Positions 1-12,000 of a DNA stretch of 64,000 nt are shown in pieces. Location of the stretch: the NCBI GenBank assembly GCA_040954595.2, contig CM082589.2, positions 8,752,794 through 8,816,793 of the forward strand, read 5' to 3'. Position 1 is the first letter of the stretch; each line of letters begins with the position of its first letter. Position numbers and translations under genes: made by a program. Source of the DNA: Balanoglossus misakiensis. Its lineage: Eukaryota; Animalia; Hemichordata. Under the pieces are notes generated by a model. It searched no databases, had not been told where the DNA came from, and was given only the letters and a program-made list of their open reading frames with translations.

Positions 1-3000
1 CGTCATTGGCACAAACAGTCTCAGGAAGTAAGCTTTCAGCCTACCAATGTAGCTATTATATTTTCCACTTTTTGTAAGTGAAGCCTGACTGTCGCCTGTC
101 TTAGGTCACCACTTCATAAGCGGTCTTACCCGTCATTGGCACAAACAGTCTCAGGAAGTAAGCTTTCAGCCTACCAATGTAGCTATTGTATTTTCCACTT
201 TTTGTAAGTGAAGCCTGACTGTCGCCTGTCTTAGGTCACCACTTCATAAGCGGTCTTACCCGTCATTGGCACAAACAGTCTCAGGAAGTAAGCTTTCAGC
301 CTACCAATTGTATTTTCCACTTTTTGTAAGTGAAGCCTGACTGTCGCCTGTCTTAGGTCACCACTTCATAAGCGGTCTTTCCCGTCATTGGCACAAACAG
401 TCTCAGGAAGTAAGCTTTCAGCCTACCAATTGTATTTTCCACTTTTTGTAAGTGAAGCCTGACTGTCGCCTGTCTTAGGTCACCACTTCATAAGCGGTCT
501 TTCCCGTCATTGGCACAAACAGTCTCAGGAAGTAAGCTTTCAGCCTACCAATTGTATTTTCCACTTTTTGTAAGTGAAGCCCTACTGTCGCCTGTCTTAG
601 GTCACCACTTCATAAGCGGTCTTACCCGTCATTGGCACAAACAGTCTCAGGAAGTAAGCTTTCAGCCTACCAATTGTATTTTCCATTTTTCTAAGTGAAG
701 CCTGACTGTCGCCTGCCTTAGGTCACCACTTCATAAGCGGTCTTTCCCGTCATTGGCACAAACAGTCTCAGGAAGTAAGCTTTCAGCCTACCAATTGTAT
801 TTTCCACTTTTTGTAAGTGAAGCCTGACTGTCGCCTGTCTTAGGTCACCACTTCATAAGCGGTCTTACCCGTCATTGGCACAAACAGTCTCAGGAAGTAA
901 GCTTTCAGCCTACCAATTGTATTTTCCACTTTTTGTAAGTGAAGCCTGACTGTCGCCTGTCTTAGGTCACCACTTCATAGGCGGTCTTTCCCGTCATTGG
1001 CACAAACAGTCTCTGGAAGTAAGCTTTCAGCCTACCAATGTAGCTATTGTATTTTGCACTTTTTGTAAGTGAAGCCTGACTGTCGCCTGTCTTAGGTCAC
1101 CACTTCATAAGCGGTCTTACCCGTCATTGGCACAAACAGTCTCAGGAAGTAAGCTTTCAGCCTACCAATGTAGCTATTGTATTTTGCACTTTTTGTAAGT
1201 GAAGCCTGACTGCCGCCTGTCTTAGGTCACCACTTCATAAGCGGTCTTACCCGTCATTGGCACAAACAGTCTCAGGAAGTAAGCTTTCAGCCTACCAATG
1301 TAGCTATTGTATTTTCCACTTTTTGTAAGTGAAGCCTGACTGTCGCCTGTCTTAGGTCACCACTTCATAAGCAGTCTTTCCCGTCATTGGCACAAACAGT
1401 CTCAGGAAGTAAGCTTTCAGCCTACCAATGTAGCTATTGTATTTTCCACTTTTTGTAAGTGAAGCCTGAGTGTCGCCTGTCTTAGGTCAGCACTTCATAA
1501 GCGGTCTTACCCGTCATTGGCACAAACAGTCTCAGGAAGTAAGCTTTCAGCCTACCAATGTAGCTATTGTATTTTCCACTTTTTGTAAGTGAAGCCTGAC
1601 TGTCGCCTGTCTTAGGTCACCACTTCATAAGCGGTCTTACCCGTCATTGGCACAAACAGTCTCAGGAAGTAAGCTTTCAGCCTACCAATGTAGCTATTGT
1701 ATTTTCCACTTTTTGTAAGTAAAGCCTGACTGTCGCCTGTCTTAGGTCACCACTTCATAAGCGGTCTTACCCGTCATTGGCACAAACAGTCTCAGGAAGT
1801 AAGCTTTCAGCCTACCAATATAGCTATTGTATTTTCCACTTTTTGTAAGTGAAGCCTGACTGTCGCCTGTCTTAGGTCACCACTTCATAAGCGGTCTTAC
1901 CCGTCATTGGCACAAACAGTCTCAGGAAGTAAGCTTTCAGCCTACCAATTGTATTTTCCACTTTTTCTAAGTGAAGCCTGACTGTCGCCTGTCTTAGGTC
2001 ACCACTTCATAAGCGGTCTTTCCCGTCATTGGCACAAACAGTCTCAGGAAGTAAGCTTTCAGCCTACCAATTGTATTTTCCACTTTTTGTAAGAGAAGCC
2101 TGACTGTCGCCTGTCTAAGGTCACCACTTCATAAGCGGTCTTACCCGTCATTGGCACAAACAGTCTCAGGAAGTAAGCTTTCAGCCTACCAATTGTATTT
2201 TCCATTTTTCTAAGTGAAGCCTGACTGTCGCCTGCCTTAGGTCACCACTTCATAAGCGGTCTTTCCCGTCATTGGCACAAACAGTCTCAGGAAGTAAGCT
2301 TTCAGCCTACCAATTGTATTTTCCACTTTTTGTAAGTGAAGCCTGACTGTCGCCTGTCTTAGGTCACCACTTCATAAGCGGTCTTACCCGTCATTGGCAC
2401 AAACAGTCTCAGGAAGTAAGCTTTCAGCCTACCAATTGTATTTTCCACTTTTTGTAAGTGAAGCCTGACTGTCGCCTGTCTTAGGTCACCACTTCATAGG
2501 CGGTCTTTCCCGTCATTGGCACAAACAGTCTCAGGAAGTAAGCTTTCAGCCTACCAATGTAGCTATTGTATTTTGCACTTTTTGTAAGTGAAGCCTGACT
2601 GTCGCCTGTCTTAGGTCACCACTTCATAAGCGGTCTTACCCGTCATTGGCACAAACAGTCTCAGGAAGTAAGCTTTCAGCCTACCAATGTAGCTATTGTA
2701 TTTTGCACTTTTTGTAAGTGAAGCCTGACTGTCGCCTGTCTTAGGTCACCACTTCATAAGCGGTCTTACCCGTCATTGGCACAAACAGTCTCAGGAAGTA
2801 AGCTTTCAGCCTACCAATGTAGCTATTGTATTTTCCACTTTTTGTAAGTGAAGCCTGACTGTCGCCTGTCTTAGGTCACCACTTCATAAGCAGTCTTTCC
2901 CGTCATTGGCACAAACAGTCTCAGGAAGTAAGCTTTCAGCCTACCAATGTAGCTATTGTATTTTCCACTTTTTGTAAGTGAAGCCTGAGTGTCGCCTGTC

Positions 3001-6000
3001 TTAGGTCACCACTTCATAAGCGGTCTTACCCGTCATTGGCACAAACAGTCTCAGGAAGTAAGCTTTCAGCCTACCAATGTAGCTATTGTATTTTCCACTT
3101 TTTGTAAGTGAAGCCTGACTGTCGCCTGTCTTAGGTCACCACTTCATAAGCGGTCTTACCCGTCATTGGCACAAACAGTCTCAGGAAGTAAGCTTTCAGC
3201 CTACCAATGTAGCTATTGTATTTTCCACTTTTTGTAAGTAAAGCCTGACTGTCGCCTGTCTTAGGTCACCACTTCATAAGCGGTCTTACCCGTCATTGGC
3301 ACAAACAGTCTCAGGAAGTAAGCTTTCAGCCTACCAATATAGCTATTGTATTTTCCACTTTTTGTAAGTGAAGCCTGACTGTCGCCTGTCTTAGGTCACC
3401 ACTTCATAAGCGGTCTTACCCGTCATTGGCACAAACAGTCTCAGGAAGTAAGCCTCCAGCCTACCAATGTAGCTATTATATTTTCCACTTTTTGTAAGTG
3501 AAGCCTGACTGTCGCCTGTCTTAGGTCACCACTTCATAAGCGGTCTGACCCGTCATTGGCACAAACAGTCTCAGGAAGTAAGCTTTCAGCCTACCAATGT
3601 AGCTATTGTATTTTCCACTTTTTGTAAGTGAAGCCTGACTGTCGCCTGTCTTAGGTCACCACTTCATAAGCGGTCTTACCCGTCATTGGCACAAACAGTC
3701 TCAGGAAGTAAGCTTTCAGCCTACCAATGTAGCTATTGTATTTTCCACTTTTTGTAAGTGAAGCCTGACTGTCGCCTGTCTTAGGTCACCACTTCATAAG
3801 CGGTCTTACCCGTCATTGGCACAAACAGTCTCAGGAAGTAAGCTTTCATCCTACCAATGTAGCTATTATATTTTCCACTTTTTGTAAGTGAAGCCTGACT
3901 GTCGCCTGTCTTAGGTCACCACTTCATAAGCGGTCTTACCCGTCATTGGCACAGACAGTCTCAGGAAGTAAGCTTTCAGCCTACCAATGTAGCTATTGTA
4001 TTTTCCACTTTTTGTAAGTGAAGCCTGACTGTCGCCTGTCTTAGGTCACCACTTCATAAGCGGTATTACCCGTCATTGGCACAAACAGTCTCAGGAAGTA
4101 AGCTTTCAGCCTACCAATGTAGCTATTGTATTTTCCACTTTTTGTAAGTGAAGCCTGACTGTCGCCTGTCTTAGGTCACCACTTCATAAGCGGTCTTACC
4201 CGTCATTGGCACAAACAGTCTCAGGAAGTAAGCTTTCACCCTACCAATGTAGCTATTGTATTTTCCACTTTTTGTAAGTGGAGCCTGACTGTCGCCTGTC
4301 TTAGGTCACCACTTCATAAGCGGTCTTACCCGTCATTGGCACAAACAGTCTCAGGACGTAAGCTTTCAGCCTACCAATGTAGCTATTGTATTTTCCACTT
4401 TTTGTAAGTGGAGCCTGACTGTCGCCTGTCTTAGGTCACCACTTCATAAGCGGTCTTACCCGTCATTGGCACAAACAGTCTCAGGACGTAAGCTTTCAGC
4501 CTACCAATGTAGCTATTGTATTTTCCACTTTTTGTAAGTGAAGCCTGACTGTCGCCTGTCTTAGGTCACCACTTCATAAGCGGTCTTACCCGTCATTGGC
4601 ACAAACAGTCTCAGGACGTAAGCTTTCAGCCTACCAATGTAGCTATTGTATTTTCCACTTTTTGTAAGTGAAGCCTGACTGTCGCCTGTCTTAGGTCACC
4701 ACTTCATAAGCGGTCTTACCCGTCATTGGCACAAACAGTCTCAGGAAGTAAGCTTTCAGCCTACCAATGTAGCTATTATATTTTCCACTTTTTGTAAGTG
4801 AAGCCTGACTGTCGCCTGTCTTAGGTCACCACTTCATAAGCGGTCTGACCCGTCATTGGCACAAACAGTCTCAGGAAGTAAGCTTTCAGCCAACCAATGT
4901 AGCTATTGTATTTTCCACTTTTTGTAAGTGAAGCCTGACTGTCGCCTGTCTTAGGTCACCACTTCATAAGCGGTCTTACCCGTCATTGGCACAAACAGTC
5001 TCAGGAAGTAAGCTTTCAGCCTACCAATGTAGCTATTGTATTTTCCACTTTTTGTAAGTGAAGCCTGACTGTCGCCTGTCTTAGGTCACCACTTCATAAG
5101 CGGTCTTACCCGTCATTGGCACAAGCAGTCTCAGGACGTAAGCTTTCAGCCTACCAATGTAGCTATTGTATTTTCCACTTTTTGTAAGTGAAGCCTGACT
5201 GTCGCCTGTCTTAGGTCACCACTTCATAAGCGGTCTTACCCGTCATTGGCACAAACAGTCTCAGGAAGTAAGCTTTCAGCCTACCAATATAGCTATTGTA
5301 TTTTCCACTTTTTGTAAGTGAAGCCTGACTGTCGCCTGTCTTAGGTCACCACTTCATAAGCGGTCTTACCCGTCATTGGCACAAACAGTCTCAGGAAGTA
5401 AGCTTTCAGCCTACCAATGTAGCTATTATATTTTCCACTTTTTGTAAGTGAAGCCTGACTGTCGCCTGTCTTAGGTCACCACTTCATAAGCGGTCTGACC
5501 CGTCATTGGCACAAACAGTCTCAGGAAGTAAGCTTTCAGCCTACCAATGTAGCTATTGTATTTTCCACTTTTTGTAAGTGAAGCCTGACTGTCGCCTGTC
5601 TTAGGTCACCACTTCATAAGCGGTCTTACCCGTCATTGGCACAAACAGTCTCAGGAAGTAAGCTTTCAGCCTACCAATGTAGCTATTGTATTTTCCACTT
5701 TTTGTAAGTGAAGCCTGACTGTCGCCTGTCTTAGGTCACCACTTCATAAGCGGTCTTACCCGTCATTGGCACAAACAGTCTCAGGAAGTAAGCTTTCAGC
5801 CTACCAATGTAGCTATTGTATTTTCCACTTTGTGTAAGTGAAGCCTGACTGTCGCCTGTCTTAGGTCACCACTTCATAAGCGGTCTTACCCGTCATTGGC
5901 ACAAACAGTCTCAGGAAGTAAGCTTTCAGCCTACCAATGTAGCTATTGTATTTTCCACTTTTTGTAAGTGAAGCCTGACTGTCGCCTTTCTTAGGTCACC

Positions 6001-9000
6001 ACTTCATAAGCGGTCTTACCCGTCATTGGCACAAACAGTCTCAGGAAGTAAGCTTTCAGCCTACCAATGTAGCTATTGTATTTTCCACTTTTTGTAAGTG
6101 AAGCCTGACTGTCGCCTGTCTTAGGTCACCACTTCATAAGCGGTCTTACCCGTCATTGGCACAAACAGTCTCAGGAAGTAAGCTTTCAGCCTACCAATGT
6201 AGCTATTGTATTTTCCACTTTTTGTAAGTGGAGCCTGACTGTCGCCTGTCTTAGGTCACCACTTCATAAGCGGTCTTACCCGTCATTGGCACAAACAGTC
6301 TCAGGACGTAAGCTTTCAGCCTACCAATGTAGCTATTGTATTTTCCACTTTTTGTAAGTGGAGCCTGACTGTCGCCTGTCTTAGGTCACCACTTCATAAG
6401 CGGTCTTACCCGTCATTGGCACAAACAGTCTCAGGACGTAAGCTTTCAGCCTACCAATGTAGCTATTGTATTTTCCACTTTTTGTAAGTGAAGCCTGACT
6501 GTCGCCTGTCTTAGGTCACCACTTCATAAGCGGTCTTACCCGTGATTGGCACAAACAGTCTCAGGACGTAAGCTTTCAGCCTACCAATGTAGCTATTGTA
6601 TTTTCCACTTTTTGTAAGTGAAGCCTGACTGTCGCCTGTCTTAGGTCACCACTTCATAAGCGGTCTTACCCGTCATTGGCACAAACAGTCTCAGGAAGTA
6701 AGCTTTCAGCGTACCAATGTAGCTATTATATTTTCCACTTTTTGTAAGTGAAGCCTGACTGTCGCCTGTCTTAGGTCACCACTTCATAAGCGGTCTGACC
6801 CGTCATTGGCACAAACAGTCTCAGGAAGTAAGCTTTCAGCCTACCAATGTAGCTATTGTATTTTCCACTTTTTGTAAGTGAAGCCTGACTGTCGCCTGTC
6901 TTAGGTCACCACTTCATAAGCGGTCTTACCCGTCATTGGCACAAACAGTCTCAGGAAGTAAGCTTTCAGCCTACCAATGTAGCTATTGTATTTTCCACTT
7001 TTTGTAAGTGAAGCCTGACTGTCGCCTGTCTTAGGTCACCACTTCATAAGCGGTCTTACCCGTCATTGGCACAAACAGTCTCAGGAAGTAAGCTTTCAGC
7101 CTACCAATGTAGCTATTGTATTTTCCACTTTTTGTAAGTAAAGCCTGACTGTCGCCTGTCTTAGGTCACCACTTCATAAGAGGTCTTACCCGTCATTGGC
7201 ACAAACAGTCTCAGGACGTAAGCTTTCAGCCTACCAATGTAGCTATTGTATTTTCCACTTTTTGTAAGTGAAGCCTGACTGTCGCCTGTCTTAGGTCACC
7301 ACTTCATAAGCGGTCTTACCCGTCATTGGCACAAACAGTCTCAGGAAGTAAGCTTTCAGCCTACCAATGTAGCTATTATATTTTCCACTTTTTGTAAGTG
7401 AAGCCTGACTGTCGCCTGTCTTAGGTCACCACTTCATAAGCGGTCTGACCCGTCATTGGCACAAACAGTCTCAGGAAGTAAGCTTTCAGCCTACCAATGT
7501 AGCTATTGTATTTTCCACTTTTTGTAAGTGAAGCCTGACTGTCGCCTGTCTTAGGTCACCACTTCATAAGCGGTCTTACCCGTCATTGGCACAAACAGTC
7601 TCAGGAAGTAAGCTTTCAGCCTACCAATGTAGCTATTGTATTTTCCACTTTTTGTAAGTGAAGCCTGACTGTCGCCTGTCTTAGGTCACCACTTCATAAG
7701 CGGTCTTACCCGTCATTGGCACAAACAGTCTCAGGACGTAAGCTTTCAGCCTACCAATGTAGCTATTGTATTTTCCACTTTTTGTAAGTGAAGCCTGACT
7801 GTCGCCTGTCTTAGGTCACCACTTCATAAGCGGTCTTACCCGTCATTGGCACAAATAGTCTCAGGAAGTAAGCCTCCAGCCTACCAATGTAGCTATTGTA
7901 TTTTCCACTTTTTGTAAGTGAAGCCTGACTGTCGCCTGTCTTAGGTCACCACTTCATAAGCGGTCTTACCCGTCATTGGCACAAACAGTCTCAGGAAGTA
8001 AGCTTTCAGCCTACCAATTGTATTTTCCACTTTTTCTAAGTGAAGCCTGACTGTCGCCTGTCTTAGGTCACCACTTCATAAGCGGTCTTTCCCGTCATTG
8101 GCACAAACAGTCTCAGGAAGTAAGCTTTCAGCCTACCAATGTAGCTATTGTATTTTCCACTTTTTGTAAGTGAAGCCTGACTGTCGCCTGTCTTAGGTCA
8201 CCACTTCATAAGCGGTCTTACCCGTCATTGGCACAAACAGTCTCAGGACGTAAGCTTTCAGCCTACCAATGTAGCTATTGTATTTTCCACTTTTTGTAAG
8301 TGAAGCCTGACTGTCGCCTGTCTTAGGTCACCACTTCATAAGCGGTCTTACCCGTCATTGGCACAAACAGTCTCAGGAAGTAAGCTTTCAGCCTACCAAT
8401 TGTATTTTCCACTTTTTCTAAGTGAAGCCTGACTGTCGCCTGTCTTAGGTCACCACTTCATAAGAGGTCTTACCCGTCATTGGCACAAACAGTCTCAGGA
8501 AGTAAGCTTTCAGCCTACCAATGTAGCTATTGTATTTTCCACTTTTTGTAAGTGAAGCCTGACTGTCGCCTGTCTTAGGTCACCACTTCATAAGCGGTCT
8601 TACCCGTCATTGGCACAAACAGTCTCAGGACGTAAGCTTTCAGCCTACCAATGTAGCTATTGTATTTTCCACTTTTTGTAAGTGAAGCCTGACTGTCGCC
8701 TGTCTTAGGTCACCACTTCATAAGCGGTCTTACCCGTCATTGGCACAAACAGTCTCAGGAAGTAAGCTTTCAGCCTACCAATGTAGCTATTGTATTTTCC
8801 ACTTTTTGTAAGTAAAGCCTGACTGTCGCCTGTCTTAGGTCACCACTTCATAAGAGGTCTTACCCGTCATTGGCACAAACAGTCTCAGGACGTAAGCTTT
8901 CAGCCTACCAATGTAGCTATTGTATTTTCCAATTTTTGTAAGTGAAGCCTGACTGTCGCCTGTCTTAGGTCACCACTTCATAAGCGGTCTTACCCGTCAT

Positions 9001-12000
9001 TGGCACAAAGTCTCAGGAAGTAAGCTTTCAGCCTACCAATGAAGCTATTGTATTTTCCACTTTTTGTAAGTGAAGCCTGACTGTCGCCTGTCTTAGGTCA
9101 CCACTTCATAAGCGGTCTTACCCGTCATTGGCACAAACAGTCTCAGGAAGTAAGCTTTCAGCCTACCAATGTAGCTATTATATTTTCCACTTTTTGTAAG
9201 TGAAGCCTGACTGTCGCCTGTCTTAGGTCACCACTTCATAAGCGGTCTGACCCGTCATTGGCACAAACAGTCTCAGGAAGTAAGCTTTCAGCCTACCAAT
9301 GTAGCTATTGTATTTTCCACTTTTTGTAAGTGAAGCCTGACTGTCGCCTGTCTTAGGTCACCACTTCATAAGCGGTCTTACCCGTCATTGGCACAAACAG
9401 TCTCAGGAAGTAAGCTTTCAGCCTACCAATGTAGCTATTGTATTTTCCACTTTTTGTAAGTGAAGCCTGACTGTCGCCTGTCTTAGGTCACCACTTCATA
9501 AGCGGTCTTACCCGTCATTGGCACAAATAGTCTCAGGAAGTAAGCCTCCAGCCTACCAATGTAGCTATTGTATTTTCCACTTTTTGTAAGTGAAGCCTGA
9601 CTGTCGCCTGTCTTAGGTCACCACTTCATAAGCGGTCTTACCCGTCATTGGCACAAACAGTCTCAGGAAGTAAGCTTTCAGCCTACCAATTGTATTTTCC
9701 ACTTTTTCTAAGTGAAGCCTGACTGTCGCCTGTCTTAGGTCACCACTTCATAAGCGGTCTTTCCCGTCATTGGCACAAACAGTCTCAGGAAGTAAGCTTT
9801 CAGCCTACCAATGTAGCTATTGTATTTTCCACTTTTTGTAAGTGAAGCCTGACTGTCGCCTGTCTTAGGTCACCACTTCATAAGCGGTCTTACCCGTCAT
9901 TGGCACAAACAGTCTCAGGACGTAAGCTTTCAGCCTACCAATGTAGCTATTGTATTTTCCACTTTTTGTAAGTGAAGCCTGACTGTCGCCTGTCTTAGGT
10001 CACCACTTCATAAGCGGTCTTACCCGTGATTGGCACAAACAGTCTCAGGACGTAAGCTTTCAGCCTACCAATGTAGCTATTGTATTTTCCACTTTTTGTA
10101 AGTGAAGCCTGACTGTCGCCTGTCTTAGGTCACCACTTCATAAGCGGTCTTACCCGTCATTGGCACAAACAGTCTCAGGAAGTAAGCTTTCAGCGTACCA
10201 ATGTAGCTATTATATTTTCCACTTTTTGTAAGTGAAGCCTGACTGTCGCCTGTCTTAGGTCACCACTTCATAAGCGGTCTGACCCGTCATTGGCACAAAC
10301 AGTCTCAGGAAGTAAGCTTTCAGCCTACCAATGTAGCTATTGTATTTTCCACTTTTTGTAAGTGAAGCCTGACTGTCGCCTGTCTTAGGTCACCACTTCA
10401 TAAGCGGTCTTACCCGTCATTGGCACAAACAGTCTCAGGAAGTAAGCTTTCAGCCTACCAATGTAGCTATTGTATTTTCCACTTTTTGTAAGTGAAGCCT
10501 GACTGTCGCCTGTCTTAGGTCACCACTTCATAAGCGGTCTTACCCGTCATTGGCACAAACAGTCTCAGGAAGTAAGCTTTCAGCCTACCAATGTAGCTAT
10601 TGTATTTTCCACTTTTTGTAAGTAAAGCCTGACTGTCGCCTGTCTTAGGTCACCACTTCATAAGAGGTCTTACCCGTCATTGGCACAAACAGTCTCAGGA
10701 CGTAAGCTTTCAGCCTACCAATGTAGCTATTGTATTTTCCAATTTTTGTAAGTGAAGCCTGACTGTCGCCTGTCTTAGGTCACCACTTCATAAGCGGTCT
10801 TACCCGTCATTGGCACAAAGTCTCAGGAAGTAAGCTTTCAGCCTACCAATGAAGCTATTGTATTTTCCACTTTTTGTAAGTGAAGCCTGACTGTCGCCTG
10901 TCTTAGGTCACCACTTCATAAGCGGTCTTACCCGTCATTGGCACAAACAGTCTCAGGAAGTAAGCTTTCAGCCTACCAATGTAGCTATTATATTTTCCAC
11001 TTTTTGTAAGTGAAGCCTGACTGTCGCCTGTCTTAGGTCACCACTTCATAAGCGGTCTGACCCGTCATTGGCACAAACAGTCTCAGGAAGTAAGCTTTCA
11101 GCCTACCAATGTAGCTATTGTATTTTCCACTTTTTGTAAGTGAAGCCTGACTGTCGCCTGTCTTAGGTCACCACTTCATAAGCGGTCTTACCCGTCATTG
11201 GCACAAACAGTCTCAGGAAGTAAGCTTTCAGCCTACCAATGTAGCTATTGTATTTTCCACTTTTTGTAAGTGAAGCCTGACTGTCGCCTGTCTTAGGTCA
11301 CCACTTCATAAGCGGTCTTACCCGTCATTGGCACAAACAGTCTCAGGACGTAAGCTTTCAGCCTACCAATGTAGCTATTGTATTTTCCACTTTTTGTAAG
11401 TGAAGCCTGACTGTCGCCTGTCTTAGGTCACCACTTCATAAGCGGTCTTACCCGTCATTGGCACAAATAGTCTCAGGAAGTAAGCCTCCAGCCTACCAAT
11501 GTAGCTATTGTATTTTCCACTTTTTGTAAGTGAAGCCTGACTGTCGCCTGTCTTAGGTCACCACTTCATAAGCGGTCTTACCCGTCATTGGCACAAACAG
11601 TCTCAGGAAGTAAGCTTTCAGCCTACCAATTGTATTTTCCACTTTTTCTAAGTGAAGCCTGACTGTCGCCTGTCTTAGGTCACCACTTCATAAGCGGTCT
11701 TTCCCGTCATTGGCACAAACAGTCTCAGGAAGTAAGTTTTCAGCCTACCAATGTAGCTATTGTATTTTCCACTTTTTGTAAGTGAAGCCTGACTGTCGCC
11801 TGTCTTAGGTCACCACTTCATAAGCGGTCTTACCCGTCATTGGCACAAACAGTCTCAGGACGTAAGCTTTCAGCCTACCAATGTAGCTATTGTATTTTCC
11901 ACTTTTTGTAAGTGAAGCCTGACTGTCGCCTGTCTTAGGTCACCACTTCATAAGCGGTCTTACCCGTGATTGGCACAAACAGTCTCAGGACGTAAGCTTT

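Noticed and set aside
18-35. Resemblance of TCTCAGGAAGTAAGC to the 5S rRNA box A region (TCTCGGAAGCTAAGC)
   Set aside because: It needs two indels, and the rest of the monomer is not colinear with 5S rRNA (no box C, wrong spacing).
1-130. Hammerhead ribozyme or CENP-B box in the monomer
   Set aside because: No CTGANGA..GAAA core with supporting stems on either strand, and no TTCG....A..CGGG match.
510-698. 62-aa ORF in the satellite (also 46177-46362)
   Set aside because: Chance read-through of satellite variants from a TTG start, with no protein features.
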